Shown in pieces: positions 54,313 to 63,421 of a DNA stretch of 64,000 bases. Position 1 is the first letter of the stretch; every line of letters begins with the position of its first letter. Under the pieces are notes generated by a model that was not told the DNA's origin, searched no databases, and saw nothing but the letters and a program-made list of their open reading frames with translations. The position numbers and the translations under genes were made by a program. This DNA comes from a virus (lineage: Duplodnaviria > Caudoviricetes), in the IMG/VR virus record IMGVR_UViG_3300044719_000048, positions 96,001 through 160,000 of that record; one strand, written 5' to 3'.

Positions 54313-54759
54313 ATGGCACTCCAAATCCGGCTCCGCAATCAACTCGACGAAGACACGGTCCACGCTACAGTGCGTTGCGATCAACACACGTACAAGGCAT
54401 TGAAGCAGTTCATGCACTGCAACGATCTCGTCGGCATTCGTTTCCCTCATGGCGTCCGCTTGCTGCCTCGTGGCCGCGGCTGGTATCGTCTGGAGGCGTC
54501 GAATTCGCACCGCGCAGCTGAGAAAGTGGAGTTCGCTGTTAAAGCCATGAAGCGTTTCCAGAAGGAGCAGGAGCGTGGAGTCGATGAAGCCATCAAGCTC
54601 TTTGCTCCCGTCATGAAGGATCCCGATCTCAAGATCGTCAGTTTCAGCAACGCGTACTCGGAAGGCGAGTACGGATATATGGGCGTCCCGCAGCGCAAGC
54701 CGGCGTCTCAACACAAACTCAACGCGCTGGTCGCCAAGTTCGGCCGGCCGCAAAACTAA
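54313..54759 (+). CDS. Hypothetical protein
   Basis: Leader box; AS..KL.AL..KF tail. Confidence 0.7.
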   Translation: MALQIRLRNQLDEDTVHATVRCDQHTYKALKQFMHCNDLVGIRFPHGVRLLPRGRGWYRLEASNSHRAAEKVEFAVKAMKRFQKEQERGVDEAIKLFAPVMKDPDLKIVSFSNAYSEGEYGYMGVPQRKPASQHKLNALVAKFGRPQN

Positions 54760-54780
54760 GGCTAAATCATGGAGCTCGCA

Positions 54781-55104
54781 ATGTCTCTCACCACGCACCA
54801 ACTGGGTCTGGTCCAAGAACCGACCAAACGAAAGTTCGTCTCCCGAGCGGAGACCGTGCCGAAAGTCAATACGGTAATCGACATCGACATCAACTTCGTC
54901 GTCTTCGAGGACGCTGACGGCAATCCGAAGACGCCGATGACGAAGGCCCGCTATGACAGCAAGGTCAAGAAGTGGGTGCAAGTGCCCGTGTCGATGGCCG
55001 GTCTCATGCTGTTCTTCAACACAACCCCCACCGAGAAGCACACGAAAGCACGCATTCAGTCAATCATTCCGAATGGCCGCGCGTGCTATGTGGAGCCCGA
55101 ATGA
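54781..55104 (+). CDS. Hypothetical protein
   Basis: GGAG RBS. Confidence 0.6.
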   Translation: MSLTTHQLGLVQEPTKRKFVSRAETVPKVNTVIDIDINFVVFEDADGNPKTPMTKARYDSKVKKWVQVPVSMAGLMLFFNTTPTEKHTKARIQSIIPNGRACYVEPE

Positions 55105-55865
55105 AGCTCGTACTGTGGCGGCCGCCACTGGATCTTGCAATGCTGGCGGCCTACAACAAGATGCGAGCGGCAGCGGAGAAGCAGCGCACGTACTATGAGC
55201 GCGTCATCAAGCAGGTGGACCACATCGTAGGCCGGTTAGCAAACGATTACTGCGAGAAGGAGCTGCTTCACATAGAAGACCTCCAGCGCGAGCTCCGCCT
55301 GATCACGAAAGGCACGCCTCTGACGGAGGCCTTGTCACCTGATGACAAGGAGCCGATTCTCACATCGACTCCGGGCTTTAGTCAGCGACAGTACGATGCG
55401 CACACGGAACTGCTGAAAAAGGCGTACCGCAAGGTGGCAATGCTGTGTCACCCGGACCGCGAAGGCGGAGATCATTCAGTCTTCCAAGAGGTCGAGATCG
55501 CGTATAAGATGCGAGACCTCAATCGCTTGAACGCGATCTATCTGTCGATCCTGCAGGGCCGCAATTTGTATTGGCAACAATCAGAAGGTGTGTACCACGT
55601 CAGTTCTGAGTACCATCGCTACGGCGTGGAGCTTGAACTGCTGCAACAAACAGCCGGTTGGCGGGCTACACGCCTGTATCTTGCTGGGCAAGTAAATAGT
55701 GCTGCGGAGATCGTTCGTGTGTATCTCACGGACAAAGTCGCAGCATTGCTTAACGAAATCAACTACGTCATAATCAAAGGACAACCAAATGGCAAAGAAG
55801 GAACAGAAGGTCGAGAAATCAGACAAGAAGTCGTCGAAGAAAAATTCTTCTACCAAGGGAAGTGA
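55101..55865 (+). CDS. J-domain (DnaJ-like) protein
   Basis: LKKAYRKVAMLCHPDREGG....FQEV..AY. Confidence 0.85.
   Translation: MKLVLWRPPLDLAMLAAYNKMRAAAEKQRTYYERVIKQVDHIVGRLANDYCEKELLHIEDLQRELRLITKGTPLTEALSPDDKEPILTSTPGFSQRQYDAHTELLKKAYRKVAMLCHPDREGGDHSVFQEVEIAYKMRDLNRLNAIYLSILQGRNLYWQQSEGVYHVSSEYHRYGVELELLQQTAGWRATRLYLAGQVNSAAEIVRVYLTDKVAALLNEINYVIIKGQPNGKEGTEGREIRQEVVEEKFFYQGK
55691..55698 (+). promoter_or_regulatory. AGTAAATA motif, internal, about 90 bp before the next gene
   Basis: Exact octamer, co-oriented. Confidence 0.45.
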
Positions 55866-56457
55866 CAAAGATCTGACTCCGCTTGAAAAAGCACGATTGG
55901 CCCGTGCAGCTGGCAAAGGAAAGGCAAACGGCAAGGCCAAGGCCGGCAAGAAAAACGCGCTGCCGATCTTTAAGGCCCCCGAAGACTTCAAGCCCCACTT
56001 CGTGACCGTCCTGATGAAGGTCGAAAAAGACGGCCTGCTCAGCTCGTCCGTGAAGATGACGCGCTACCAAGGCCGCTACGACCCGGAGGCCGACGACAAG
56101 AAGAAATTCGATGTAGCCACCTACGATCAGAAGACCGTGCAAGGTGTTCTCTCGCGCTTCGCGATGGTGACCTACGTCACGAACGCCGCCAAGCGTCTTC
56201 CGGCTGGCGCCGTCTACCAGGTGCTGCTGCGTATCAATCGCAAGTCGGCAGACGGCTCGATCTCGGTCCTGTTCAAGGGCATGGAGCAGGCGCAGAAGTC
56301 GGCCAAGACCGGCCGAGTCAAGATGGTGGCGCTGGACAAGACCGATCCGGTGTATCGCAAGTTCCGCAAAGCCGCGCGCCTGCTGCCGTCGGCCTTCAAG
56401 GAAGTGTTGATGCCGCCGAAGCGTACCCGCGGCGCCAACAAGAAAGAAGATGAGTAA
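55789..56457 (+). CDS. Lysine-rich, probably nucleic-acid-binding protein
   Basis: AAGGA RBS; strongly basic; biased codons. Confidence 0.75.
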   Translation: MAKKEQKVEKSDKKSSKKNSSTKGSDKDLTPLEKARLARAAGKGKANGKAKAGKKNALPIFKAPEDFKPHFVTVLMKVEKDGLLSSSVKMTRYQGRYDPEADDKKKFDVATYDQKTVQGVLSRFAMVTYVTNAAKRLPAGAVYQVLLRINRKSADGSISVLFKGMEQAQKSAKTGRVKMVALDKTDPVYRKFRKAARLLPSAFKEVLMPPKRTRGANKKEDE

Positions 56458-56881
56458 TCCTCCGCTCTTTCCGTACCAGCAGGAGATCGTAGACCGCCTG
56501 AAAGCCCTTGGCACAGGCCGCGCTGTCTACGATCTTCCTTTCGGTAATCGTCTTGGCTTGCGTAGTGCAGATCGTGCACTCGAGCGTGCTACGCTGGCTG
56601 TAGACATCGAGGCTTCCGGCCTCAGTGCAGTAAATGAGGTGAAAACGCTGGATCTCACGAACGTCGAGCAGCGCATCGCGAAATCCATTTCCAGACGTGA
56701 TCTGCAGAACGCACTGTTCGGCATTCGCTACGGCAACTCGCGGATCAGCACCTACGTGCACGAAGACAATGCCCTCAGGTTCTTCGGTGGCAAAGTCGAC
56801 ACTGGTGCCACTCCGGCATTGTATCTGCGCAAGACCCTGATGTACTATCATGTGCAGTCTGCACTGATGAGCTGGAGCTAG
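56450..56881 (+). CDS. Hypothetical protein with a string of polymerase-A-like motif fragments
   Basis: AVDIEASGL, LDLTNVEQRI, R...ALFGIRYG, YVHED. Confidence 0.55.
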   Translation: MSNPPLFPYQQEIVDRLKALGTGRAVYDLPFGNRLGLRSADRALERATLAVDIEASGLSAVNEVKTLDLTNVEQRIAKSISRRDLQNALFGIRYGNSRISTYVHEDNALRFFGGKVDTGATPALYLRKTLMYYHVQSALMSWS

Positions 56882-56884
56882 TAA

Positions 56885-57265
56885 ATGAAGATCACAATCG
56901 AAGTGCCTGACGAGCAAGGCCCTGCTTTCGAGGAATGGCTACGCAGTGTCAAGAAGCCAGTCAGTACGACGCACGCCAGAGAAGTATCGCTGGTGATCTC
57001 TACGGAGATTCGGCGGTACAAACCAGCGCGTACTACATGGATGGATACCAACGCCCTGCGCATTCCGCTGCTCGCAATTACACATGACTACGTTCGTCAG
57101 TTCGCGGTCTACGACGTAGTGGAGAACGCGCACTCGGGCGACTGGGGCGTGGTGACGAAGATCGAAGGCGATGTTCTGACCGTCAAGGCCTCGAAGGAAA
57201 CAGTCGACAAGACCGGCGCGGCAAAACTGGAGATCCATATTTCCAATGCGCGTCACCTGGTCTAG
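56885..57265 (+). CDS. Hypothetical protein with SH3/KOW-like tail
   Basis: DVV.....GDWGVVTKIEGD.LTV. Confidence 0.6.
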   Translation: MKITIEVPDEQGPAFEEWLRSVKKPVSTTHAREVSLVISTEIRRYKPARTTWMDTNALRIPLLAITHDYVRQFAVYDVVENAHSGDWGVVTKIEGDVLTVKASKETVDKTGAAKLEIHISNARHLV

Positions 57266-57289
57266 TAAATGCTCGGAAAGTGAGATCAA

Positions 57290-57628
57290 ATGTTCAAGTG
57301 GAAGACCGGGCGGCAAGGGACAGGGTACGAAGTGCTCACGCTCTTGTGCAGTGAGTGGCTGAAGGCGGATTGCTACATCATCCGCTATCGGGAAGGCTCA
57401 AGCATTCCGCAGCACACCGACAAGGTCGAAACTGGCTATAAGCACTTTCGCCTGAATCTCGTGTTGCGCGCTGCGAGCGCAGGCGGCGTGCTCCAGTGCG
57501 AGCGCTCGATCTTCAGACTAGGGCCATTGAACCTCTTCAGACCGGACGAGGTGGCGCATTCAGTCACTAAGGTAACAAAAGGCAGTCGGTATGTGTTGAG
57601 CATCGGCTGGAAGTGCCGCAGTAAATAG
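57290..57628 (+). CDS. 2-oxoglutarate/Fe(II)-dependent oxygenase (minimal)
   Basis: Y..G..I..HTD, GG.L, H.V..V..G.RY.LS. Confidence 0.85.
   Translation: MFKWKTGRQGTGYEVLTLLCSEWLKADCYIIRYREGSSIPQHTDKVETGYKHFRLNLVLRAASAGGVLQCERSIFRLGPLNLFRPDEVAHSVTKVTKGSRYVLSIGWKCRSK
57620..57627 (+). promoter_or_regulatory. AGTAAATA putative promoter of the tRNA
   Basis: Exact octamer 10 bp before the tRNA 5' end. Confidence 0.65.
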
Positions 57629-57637
57629 TAGTACGTA

Positions 57638-57714
57638 GGGCCGTTAGCTCAGTTGGTTAGAGCAGTTGACTCATAATCGAAAGGTCGCCGGTTCAAGCCC
57701 GGCACGGCCTACCA
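57638..57714 (+). tRNA. tRNA with CAT anticodon, most likely tRNA-Ile2 (lysidine, reads AUA)
   Basis: Cloverleaf with GGGCCGT/ACGGCCT acceptor, TAGCTCAGTTGGTTAGAGC D-arm, GACTCATAATC anticodon arm typical of Ile2, GGTTCAAG T-loop, encoded ACCA. Confidence 0.92.
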
Positions 57715-57723
57715 AGCATTCGC

Positions 57724-57759
57724 AGTAAATAGCAGTACGCACAATCGTGCTAGTAAATA
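57724..57759 (+). promoter_or_regulatory. Tandem AGTAAATA promoters
   Basis: Copies at 57724-57731 and 57752-57759. Confidence 0.65.
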
Positions 57760-57831
57760 GTAGTGCAGCAAGCATCATTGATGATGCATCATCCCGGGTA
57801 GTATCTCAATTCATTTTCAAAGGAAATCGCA

Positions 57832-58794
57832 ATGCCTATCAAGAACAACGCCAAAGCCGGTAAAAACGCCAAAGCAGGCAAGAAAGCCAAAGCCGAGAAG
57901 GATCTGAAAAAGAAGAAAGGCGCGAAAGCCGAGCAGGAAGCGAAGGGCAAAGGCAAGAAGGGCGCCAAGGCCGAGAAGGAAGTGAAGGGCAAGAAGGGCG
58001 CCAAGGCCAACGCCAAGACCGACAAGAAATCCAACAAGAAGGAAGCACCGGTGAAGTCGTCGAAGAAAGCCAAGAAAGCCGCAGCAACCGAAACCGCGCG
58101 CACGCTGTTCCTGAAGACCGTGACAACGACGAGCGCTGAATCGATGAAGGACCTGAGCGCTTCGGCCGCCGCCATCACCGTCAACGGCAAGGCAATCCCG
58201 CGTTCCTCGATCCTGGCCGTCGTCGGCGCCACCGTTCACCACGAAGTCCTGCTGCCGCTGGGCGAGATCGCCGAGATCGTGGACGTGAAGGGTGTCGCCT
58301 GCTACGTGCTGGCCGACGGCACGAAGGTCTCTCCGTTCGCCCAGGGCGCACTGCTGGTGTCGGAAGGCGGCGCGGCGCCTGCAGCATCGTCGGATTCGGA
58401 AGACGATGACGAGCTGGAAGTGAGCGACGAGGACGAGGACGAAGACGGTGACGACGAATCGGATGACGACGGCGACTCCGACGACGATTCGGACGAAGAC
58501 GGCGACGAGGAGGATGGTGACGAGGAATCGGACGACGAAGACGGAGACGATGACGAGGAATCGGACGACGACGAAGATGGTGACGACGAAGACGGCGACT
58601 CGGACGACGACGAGGAAGAAGAGGAAGAAGAGGAGGAAGAGAAGCCGAAGAAGGGCAAGAAGGGCGCCAAGGGCAAGAAAGCCAAGAAGGGCAAGAAGTC
58701 GAAAGACGACGAAGACGACGACTCGGATGAAGACGAAGACGGCGACGACGAGTCGGACGACGGCGAAGACGGTGACGACGACTTCGACTTCTAA
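57832..58794 (+). CDS. Bipolar low-complexity protein (Lys/Ala-rich histone-like N-terminus, long Asp/Glu tracts)
   Basis: Composition seen directly; AAGGA RBS; terminator downstream. Confidence 0.85.
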   Translation: MPIKNNAKAGKNAKAGKKAKAEKDLKKKKGAKAEQEAKGKGKKGAKAEKEVKGKKGAKANAKTDKKSNKKEAPVKSSKKAKKAAATETARTLFLKTVTTTSAESMKDLSASAAAITVNGKAIPRSSILAVVGATVHHEVLLPLGEIAEIVDVKGVACYVLADGTKVSPFAQGALLVSEGGAAPAASSDSEDDDELEVSDEDEDEDGDDESDDDGDSDDDSDEDGDEEDGDEESDDEDGDDDEESDDDEDGDDEDGDSDDDEEEEEEEEEEKPKKGKKGAKGKKAKKGKKSKDDEDDDSDEDEDGDDESDDGEDGDDDFDF

Positions 58795-58807
58795 GCAGTA
58801 ACTCGAC

Positions 58808-58833
58808 GGGAGCACCGCAAGGTGCTCCCTTTT
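58808..58833 (+). terminator. Intrinsic terminator
   Basis: GGGAGCACC-GCAA-GGTGCTCCC-TTTT. Confidence 0.88.
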
Positions 58834-58850
58834 CCATATGGGAGACAGAT

Positions 58851-59162
58851 TTGGAACTCGAATACTTGGCCCTATACAGCAACGACTGCATGACATGCAA
58901 ACACCTATGCGAAACGGGGGTTCGGGATTTTCAGGCCTGCCATTTCAGCAAAGGAAACCGGCTGTGCCCCGCTTCCGAAGTCCGCCTCGTTGTTGTTGGC
59001 GAGGCCTTAACCTACGCACGTCGCGTCCTGCGCGCCCGCGATAAGCGGCAGCCCAAGCGCGAAGCAAAACTCATGAAACACGTCGCCGCGCAGTCTGCGG
59101 CCTTCCAATCCCGCTTCTACGAGTATCTCGACAATGGCGGTCGTTCAAACCTCAAGGGTTAG
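58851..59162 (+). CDS. Cys-rich hypothetical protein
   Basis: CMTCKHLC...CHF..GN..CPA; TTG start after GGAG. Confidence 0.6.
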   Translation: MELEYLALYSNDCMTCKHLCETGVRDFQACHFSKGNRLCPASEVRLVVVGEALTYARRVLRARDKRQPKREAKLMKHVAAQSAAFQSRFYEYLDNGGRSNLKG

Positions 59163-59167
59163 AGTCT

Positions 59168-59872
59168 ATGAAAAGCTCTACGGTGAAGCTCACCAAAATC
59201 AGGCAGTTCTATTTCCCGGTTGACGCGGAAGACTACAAGCTGCTGCGCGAACACGGCCTTCCTGCAATCCGCATTCACGAAAACCTGTTGCCCACGTTCG
59301 GGCTCGTCTTCAAGAAGTACAACATCAAGCCGCAGAACGTCTCGTTCAACGATGCGATCATGAATCCGTACCTCGATAAGATCGGGGAGACGTGGCAGTC
59401 GAAGCCCCACCGGAAAGCCTCGATCACAAAGTCGGTCATGAAGTTCGAGACCACGCACTCGTCGATCCAGTTGCAGTCGCGTGAGGCCCTCCACAAACTG
59501 GAGGCATCCCTGCGCAGATTCTTCCAGCGTTGGGGCTTTGCTGCCTCGTTCGAGCTCTCGGAGTCGCGTGGCAAGCTCAAGCTCCACGTCAACTACAGGT
59601 TCGATCCTGAACGCAGCCCCGTCATACCGTTAGTGGAAGACCCAACGAGCCTGCCTTCGGTCAAGATCGATCTTGGCTTCATACGGTTGACCATGACGCT
59701 GATGAAACGCGAGATCGAAATCAACATTTCCATCGCAGCAGGCCCCGGCTGGAATTCGATTCACACGTCGCGCTGCCTCTACTCTCAGGTGTCCGACGTT
59801 CGGCCTATGCTTGCGACCTTCGTGGACATCGTTAATCGGGACCCTCACAACGCAGACAACAAACTGAAGTAG
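59168..59872 (+). CDS. Hypothetical protein
   Basis: 234-aa ORF. Confidence 0.7.
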   Translation: MKSSTVKLTKIRQFYFPVDAEDYKLLREHGLPAIRIHENLLPTFGLVFKKYNIKPQNVSFNDAIMNPYLDKIGETWQSKPHRKASITKSVMKFETTHSSIQLQSREALHKLEASLRRFFQRWGFAASFELSESRGKLKLHVNYRFDPERSPVIPLVEDPTSLPSVKIDLGFIRLTMTLMKREIEINISIAAGPGWNSIHTSRCLYSQVSDVRPMLATFVDIVNRDPHNADNKLK

Positions 59873-59905
59873 ACAATTAAATGTGCCACACATTAAGGAG
59901 TAGCG

Positions 59906-61864
59906 ATGGCAAAGGAAAAGAAAGTCGCGGAGTACAGTAGCGGCTCTATTGAAATCCAAGGCGGTCTCGATGGCGTTCGCAAGAACGCGTCGATGTACAT
60001 GGGATCGACTGGAGTGGATGGCGTATGGAAGTTCGTCGGCGAACTCCTCGACAACGGCGTGGACGAGCATCTGGCGGGCCGCAACAAAGCCGTCATGCTG
60101 CACGTCGACTCGGATGGCTCCTACTGGGTGCTCGACCAAGGCAAGGGCATTCCGCAAGGCGTCAAGGAAGTCCACATGCATGTCAACGGCAAGGACATCG
60201 TCAACAAGATTCCGACGATGCAGGCCGTGTTCGGTGAACTACACACGTCCGGCAAGTATCGTTCCGACGCCTACAAGAATTCGATTGGTACTCACGGTAT
60301 CGGGTCGAAGGGAACGAACGCCACGTCTGAGTTCTTCACCGTACACACGTACTACAAGGAACAGTGGTACACGGTCGGGTTCAAGAAAGGCAAGCTCATC
60401 TCACCAGTCCAGAAGCTCAAGAAGGCTCCGAAGGGTCCTGACGGGAAACCGCTCAAAGGCGGTACGTGCATCCACTGCAAACCTGACCCCACGATCTACT
60501 CAGCCAAGGCTTTCCCGCTGTCGATGGCCGTCGAGTGGGCTGAGATCACGGCCTACCTGAATCCCGGTCTCGGCATCGTCTTGTCGTCGCCGAAGAGCCG
60601 GAAGACCTATCTGTCGAAGAAGGGACCTACCGAGTACGTGAGCAACCGCGTCACCAAGCTGAAGGCCGAGTACCTGACCGACAAGATTTTCGAGTTCAAG
60701 TCCGACGTTGGTGAAGTCGTGCTGGCATTCACGAATGCCGAAGGTGTAGACGTGCGAGGCTTCACGAACGGTCTGTCCAACAAGGAAGGCGGCACGCACG
60801 TCTCGTCGGCAGTCGACGGCATCTACGATGGCCTATGTCAGGCACTGGTGAAGGCAGGGAAAGAGAAGCTGGTCTATGCCAAACAGAAGAAAGGCGAGAA
60901 GGGTAAGCGTACGATCTTCAAGGTATCCGACTTGAAGGAAGGCATGGTCGGTCTGGTGAATGCAAAGCTGCACAAGGCAGAGTTCTCGTCGCAAGACAAA
61001 GCGCGCTTGACCGACGCGCGCATGGGCAAACCCTTCCACGAGCTGGTGGTGAAAGACGCAATCGCGTTCTTCTCCAAGCACTCGAAGGTAGCGATTCAGC
61101 TGGCTGAACGGGCCGGCAAACTCGCGCAGCTGAAGACCAACTTCGCGCTGTCGAAGAAGACGCTGACCGAGTTGAACAAGTTGAAGAAGAAAGGCATGAG
61201 CACCAAGTATGTGCCGCCGTCAAGTGGCAAGGCATCCGAGCGCGAGATCTTCATCGTGGAAGGTGACTCGGCAGGTGGCCCGGCCAAGCAGGCCCGATTC
61301 CCCTACCAAGGCATTCTTCCCATCCGAGGCAAGATCAAGAACGTGATCGCCGCGAAAGGCGACAAGGGGCTGGATTCGGAGGACATCCTCAACATTCTGG
61401 CAGCGATCGGGTACGACCCGAAAGCCAGCGATCCATATGCGAAGCTGGCCACTGGCAAAATCATCTATCTCGCAGACCCGGACCCTGACGGGCACCACAT
61501 CAACTGTCTACTGCTCGGCCTGACGTACAAGTTTCTGCCCGAGTGCTTCGACCGCGGTATGGTCTTCGTTGCGAAGACGCCCGAGTATTACGCGATTCAC
61601 AAAGGCCGCATGTACACAGCCGACGGTGCACGTGCCCTACGGTTGAAGATGGACAAGGACAAAGTACCGGCCTCAGTAAATCCGATTCACATAAAGGGCT
61701 GGGGTGAGATTGACCCTGCCGTGATGCGTGTGCTGGCAATGAATCCCGACACGCGGACGCTGATCAAGATCAATCCTCTCAAGGATTCGGACAGTGCGTT
61801 TGCCAATCTCATGGCCGAGTCGGCGGACTCCCGTCGCAAACTGGCTTGGGGAACTGAAGAATGA
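59906..61864 (+). CDS. gyrB: Type IIA topoisomerase, ATPase/TOPRIM subunit (GyrB/ParE-like)
   Basis: ELLDNGVDE, D.GKGIP, LHTSGK, GTHGIG, GGTH, EGDSAGG, PIRGK, ADPDPDGHHI, KGWGE. Confidence 0.93.
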   Translation: MAKEKKVAEYSSGSIEIQGGLDGVRKNASMYMGSTGVDGVWKFVGELLDNGVDEHLAGRNKAVMLHVDSDGSYWVLDQGKGIPQGVKEVHMHVNGKDIVNKIPTMQAVFGELHTSGKYRSDAYKNSIGTHGIGSKGTNATSEFFTVHTYYKEQWYTVGFKKGKLISPVQKLKKAPKGPDGKPLKGGTCIHCKPDPTIYSAKAFPLSMAVEWAEITAYLNPGLGIVLSSPKSRKTYLSKKGPTEYVSNRVTKLKAEYLTDKIFEFKSDVGEVVLAFTNAEGVDVRGFTNGLSNKEGGTHVSSAVDGIYDGLCQALVKAGKEKLVYAKQKKGEKGKRTIFKVSDLKEGMVGLVNAKLHKAEFSSQDKARLTDARMGKPFHELVVKDAIAFFSKHSKVAIQLAERAGKLAQLKTNFALSKKTLTELNKLKKKGMSTKYVPPSSGKASEREIFIVEGDSAGGPAKQARFPYQGILPIRGKIKNVIAAKGDKGLDSEDILNILAAIGYDPKASDPYAKLATGKIIYLADPDPDGHHINCLLLGLTYKFLPECFDRGMVFVAKTPEYYAIHKGRMYTADGARALRLKMDKDKVPASVNPIHIKGWGEIDPAVMRVLAMNPDTRTLIKINPLKDSDSAFANLMAESADSRRKLAWGTEE

Positions 61865-63357
61865 AAAAGACAAAGACCAAAAACGTAGAGGCGTCCAAGG
61901 GCAAGATCCTCACGCAAAGTATTACCGACTTCGGTTTCGTCTCGTTGAAGCTGTACGCCGACGAGGTGAATCTGGAGCGCGCGATTCCAGACATCATCGA
62001 CGGCCTCAAACCCGGCCTGCGGTTGACCATTCACGGCTCTGCTGAAATCGCGAAGACGCAGTTCGCTAAGGCCGCTCTGATCGTCGGTCACGTCATGGGT
62101 AACTACTACCCGCACGGCGACAGTGGCATTTACGGTGCAATGGTGACGAACGTGCAATCGCTGATTCCTCTGCTGCACGGCAAGGGCAACTGGGGTTCGA
62201 TCACGGATGGCCCTGCCGCCTATCGTTACACGAACGCGCGGCTCTCCAACTTCGCGCGACTGGGGTTCGACCCCCACTACGCTAACCCGGAGGTCTCGTC
62301 GTACGTACCGAACTATGACGAGCGGTTGACCGAGCCCGTGTCGATTCCGTTTCCTCTGCCTGTCATCTTGTTCAGCGGGGCTGAAGGTATTGGCTACGGC
62401 GCGGCGTGCTCGATTCCGTCGTTCACTCCTGAGTCTGTTGCGGAGGTCATCAAGCGCCTCCTAAAGGGCGAGAAGATGAAAGTCGAAGACTTCGCGAAGG
62501 CGATGGAGCCCGATTTCAAGTGGGGCGGTCAATTCGTGCGGACAAAGGAGAACCGCAAGGCGTGGATGGAAATGTTCACGTCCTCGCGAGCCTCCGTGTT
62601 GTTCGAGTCGCCTCTTCAAATCGACACGGCCAAGCACATCGTGAAGATCAACGAATGGCCGAATGGTGTAGACCCCGAGAAGGTCTGCCTGTGGGCGCGC
62701 GGCCTGCCTGAGACCCAGCAGGCATTCCCTTCCAAAGGCGGCACCGAATTCACCTTCGTGATGAAGAAGGGCTACAACTCGGTGCAGTTCGATGCATGGG
62801 TGAAGAAGCTGGCGCAGAAGACTCGCGCGAAATCCAGCTTCAACATAAACGTGACGCGCCGCACTGCAGTGGTGAACGATGGCGTCGTCGGCTACAATGT
62901 CAAGCTCATGAGCCTGTCCGTCCCGCAACTGATCATGACGTGGCTGAAAGAGCGTCTGGCCACTGAGATTCGTTCGCTGGACTACCGGATTCGCAAGCAG
63001 CAGGAAGCCATCGCCTACTCTGAACTGCTGATCATGGCGGCCCAAAAACTGGACATCATCGTCCCCATCATCAAGAAGTCGAAGCAACCAAAGGAGGAGC
63101 TCGCCAAGAAACTGAAGATCACGCTGGAGCAGGCGAATCAGATTCTGGACCTCACGCTGCGCAAACTGACGCGCCTGGATCAGGAAGCCATCGAGCAGAA
63201 GCGCAAGGAGCAACTGCAGGAGTTGAAGCAGCTGGAGAAGTGGCGCAAGAATCCGAAACCCAAGATGATCGAAGACACCGACCGCGCGCTCGAAGCCATC
63301 GAAGCCGACCGCAAGTGGTATGCGTCGAAAGACAAACAGGAGCTCACGCTGTCGTAA
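61861..63357 (+). CDS. gyrA: Type IIA topoisomerase, cleavage subunit (GyrA/ParC-like, no CTD)
   Basis: RAIPD..DGLKP, VMGNYYPHGD, GKGNWG, AAYRYT (catalytic Tyr), PNYD, QA..ILDL.L.KLT. Confidence 0.92.
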   Translation: MKKTKTKNVEASKGKILTQSITDFGFVSLKLYADEVNLERAIPDIIDGLKPGLRLTIHGSAEIAKTQFAKAALIVGHVMGNYYPHGDSGIYGAMVTNVQSLIPLLHGKGNWGSITDGPAAYRYTNARLSNFARLGFDPHYANPEVSSYVPNYDERLTEPVSIPFPLPVILFSGAEGIGYGAACSIPSFTPESVAEVIKRLLKGEKMKVEDFAKAMEPDFKWGGQFVRTKENRKAWMEMFTSSRASVLFESPLQIDTAKHIVKINEWPNGVDPEKVCLWARGLPETQQAFPSKGGTEFTFVMKKGYNSVQFDAWVKKLAQKTRAKSSFNINVTRRTAVVNDGVVGYNVKLMSLSVPQLIMTWLKERLATEIRSLDYRIRKQQEAIAYSELLIMAAQKLDIIVPIIKKSKQPKEELAKKLKITLEQANQILDLTLRKLTRLDQEAIEQKRKEQLQELKQLEKWRKNPKPKMIEDTDRALEAIEADRKWYASKDKQELTLS

Positions 63358-63376
63358 CTAATTGTCAATGTCGAAT

Positions 63377-63393
63377 TGCCTAAATTTTGTGCA
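63377..63393. promoter_or_regulatory. 17-bp operator, copy 3
   Basis: TGCCTAAATTTTGTGCA. Confidence 0.6.
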
Positions 63394-63421
63394 TCAGCTT
63401 GCCGTTGTTTTTCTGCCTGAC

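Noticed and set aside
57638-57714. tRNA-Met or initiator tRNA call
   Set aside because: It lacks the three consecutive G-C anticodon-stem pairs and C1 mismatch of tRNA-fMet, and the anticodon arm matches the Ile2 type; elongator Met is not fully excluded
58826-58846. Minus-strand near-match to the CCCTATGAAAAGGA box
   Set aside because: Inexact, opposite to the gene direction, and explained by the terminator arm plus the next RBS
57789-58900. Long antisense and alternate-frame ORFs over the bipolar protein
   Set aside because: Shadows of low-complexity GAC/GAA/AAG codon runs
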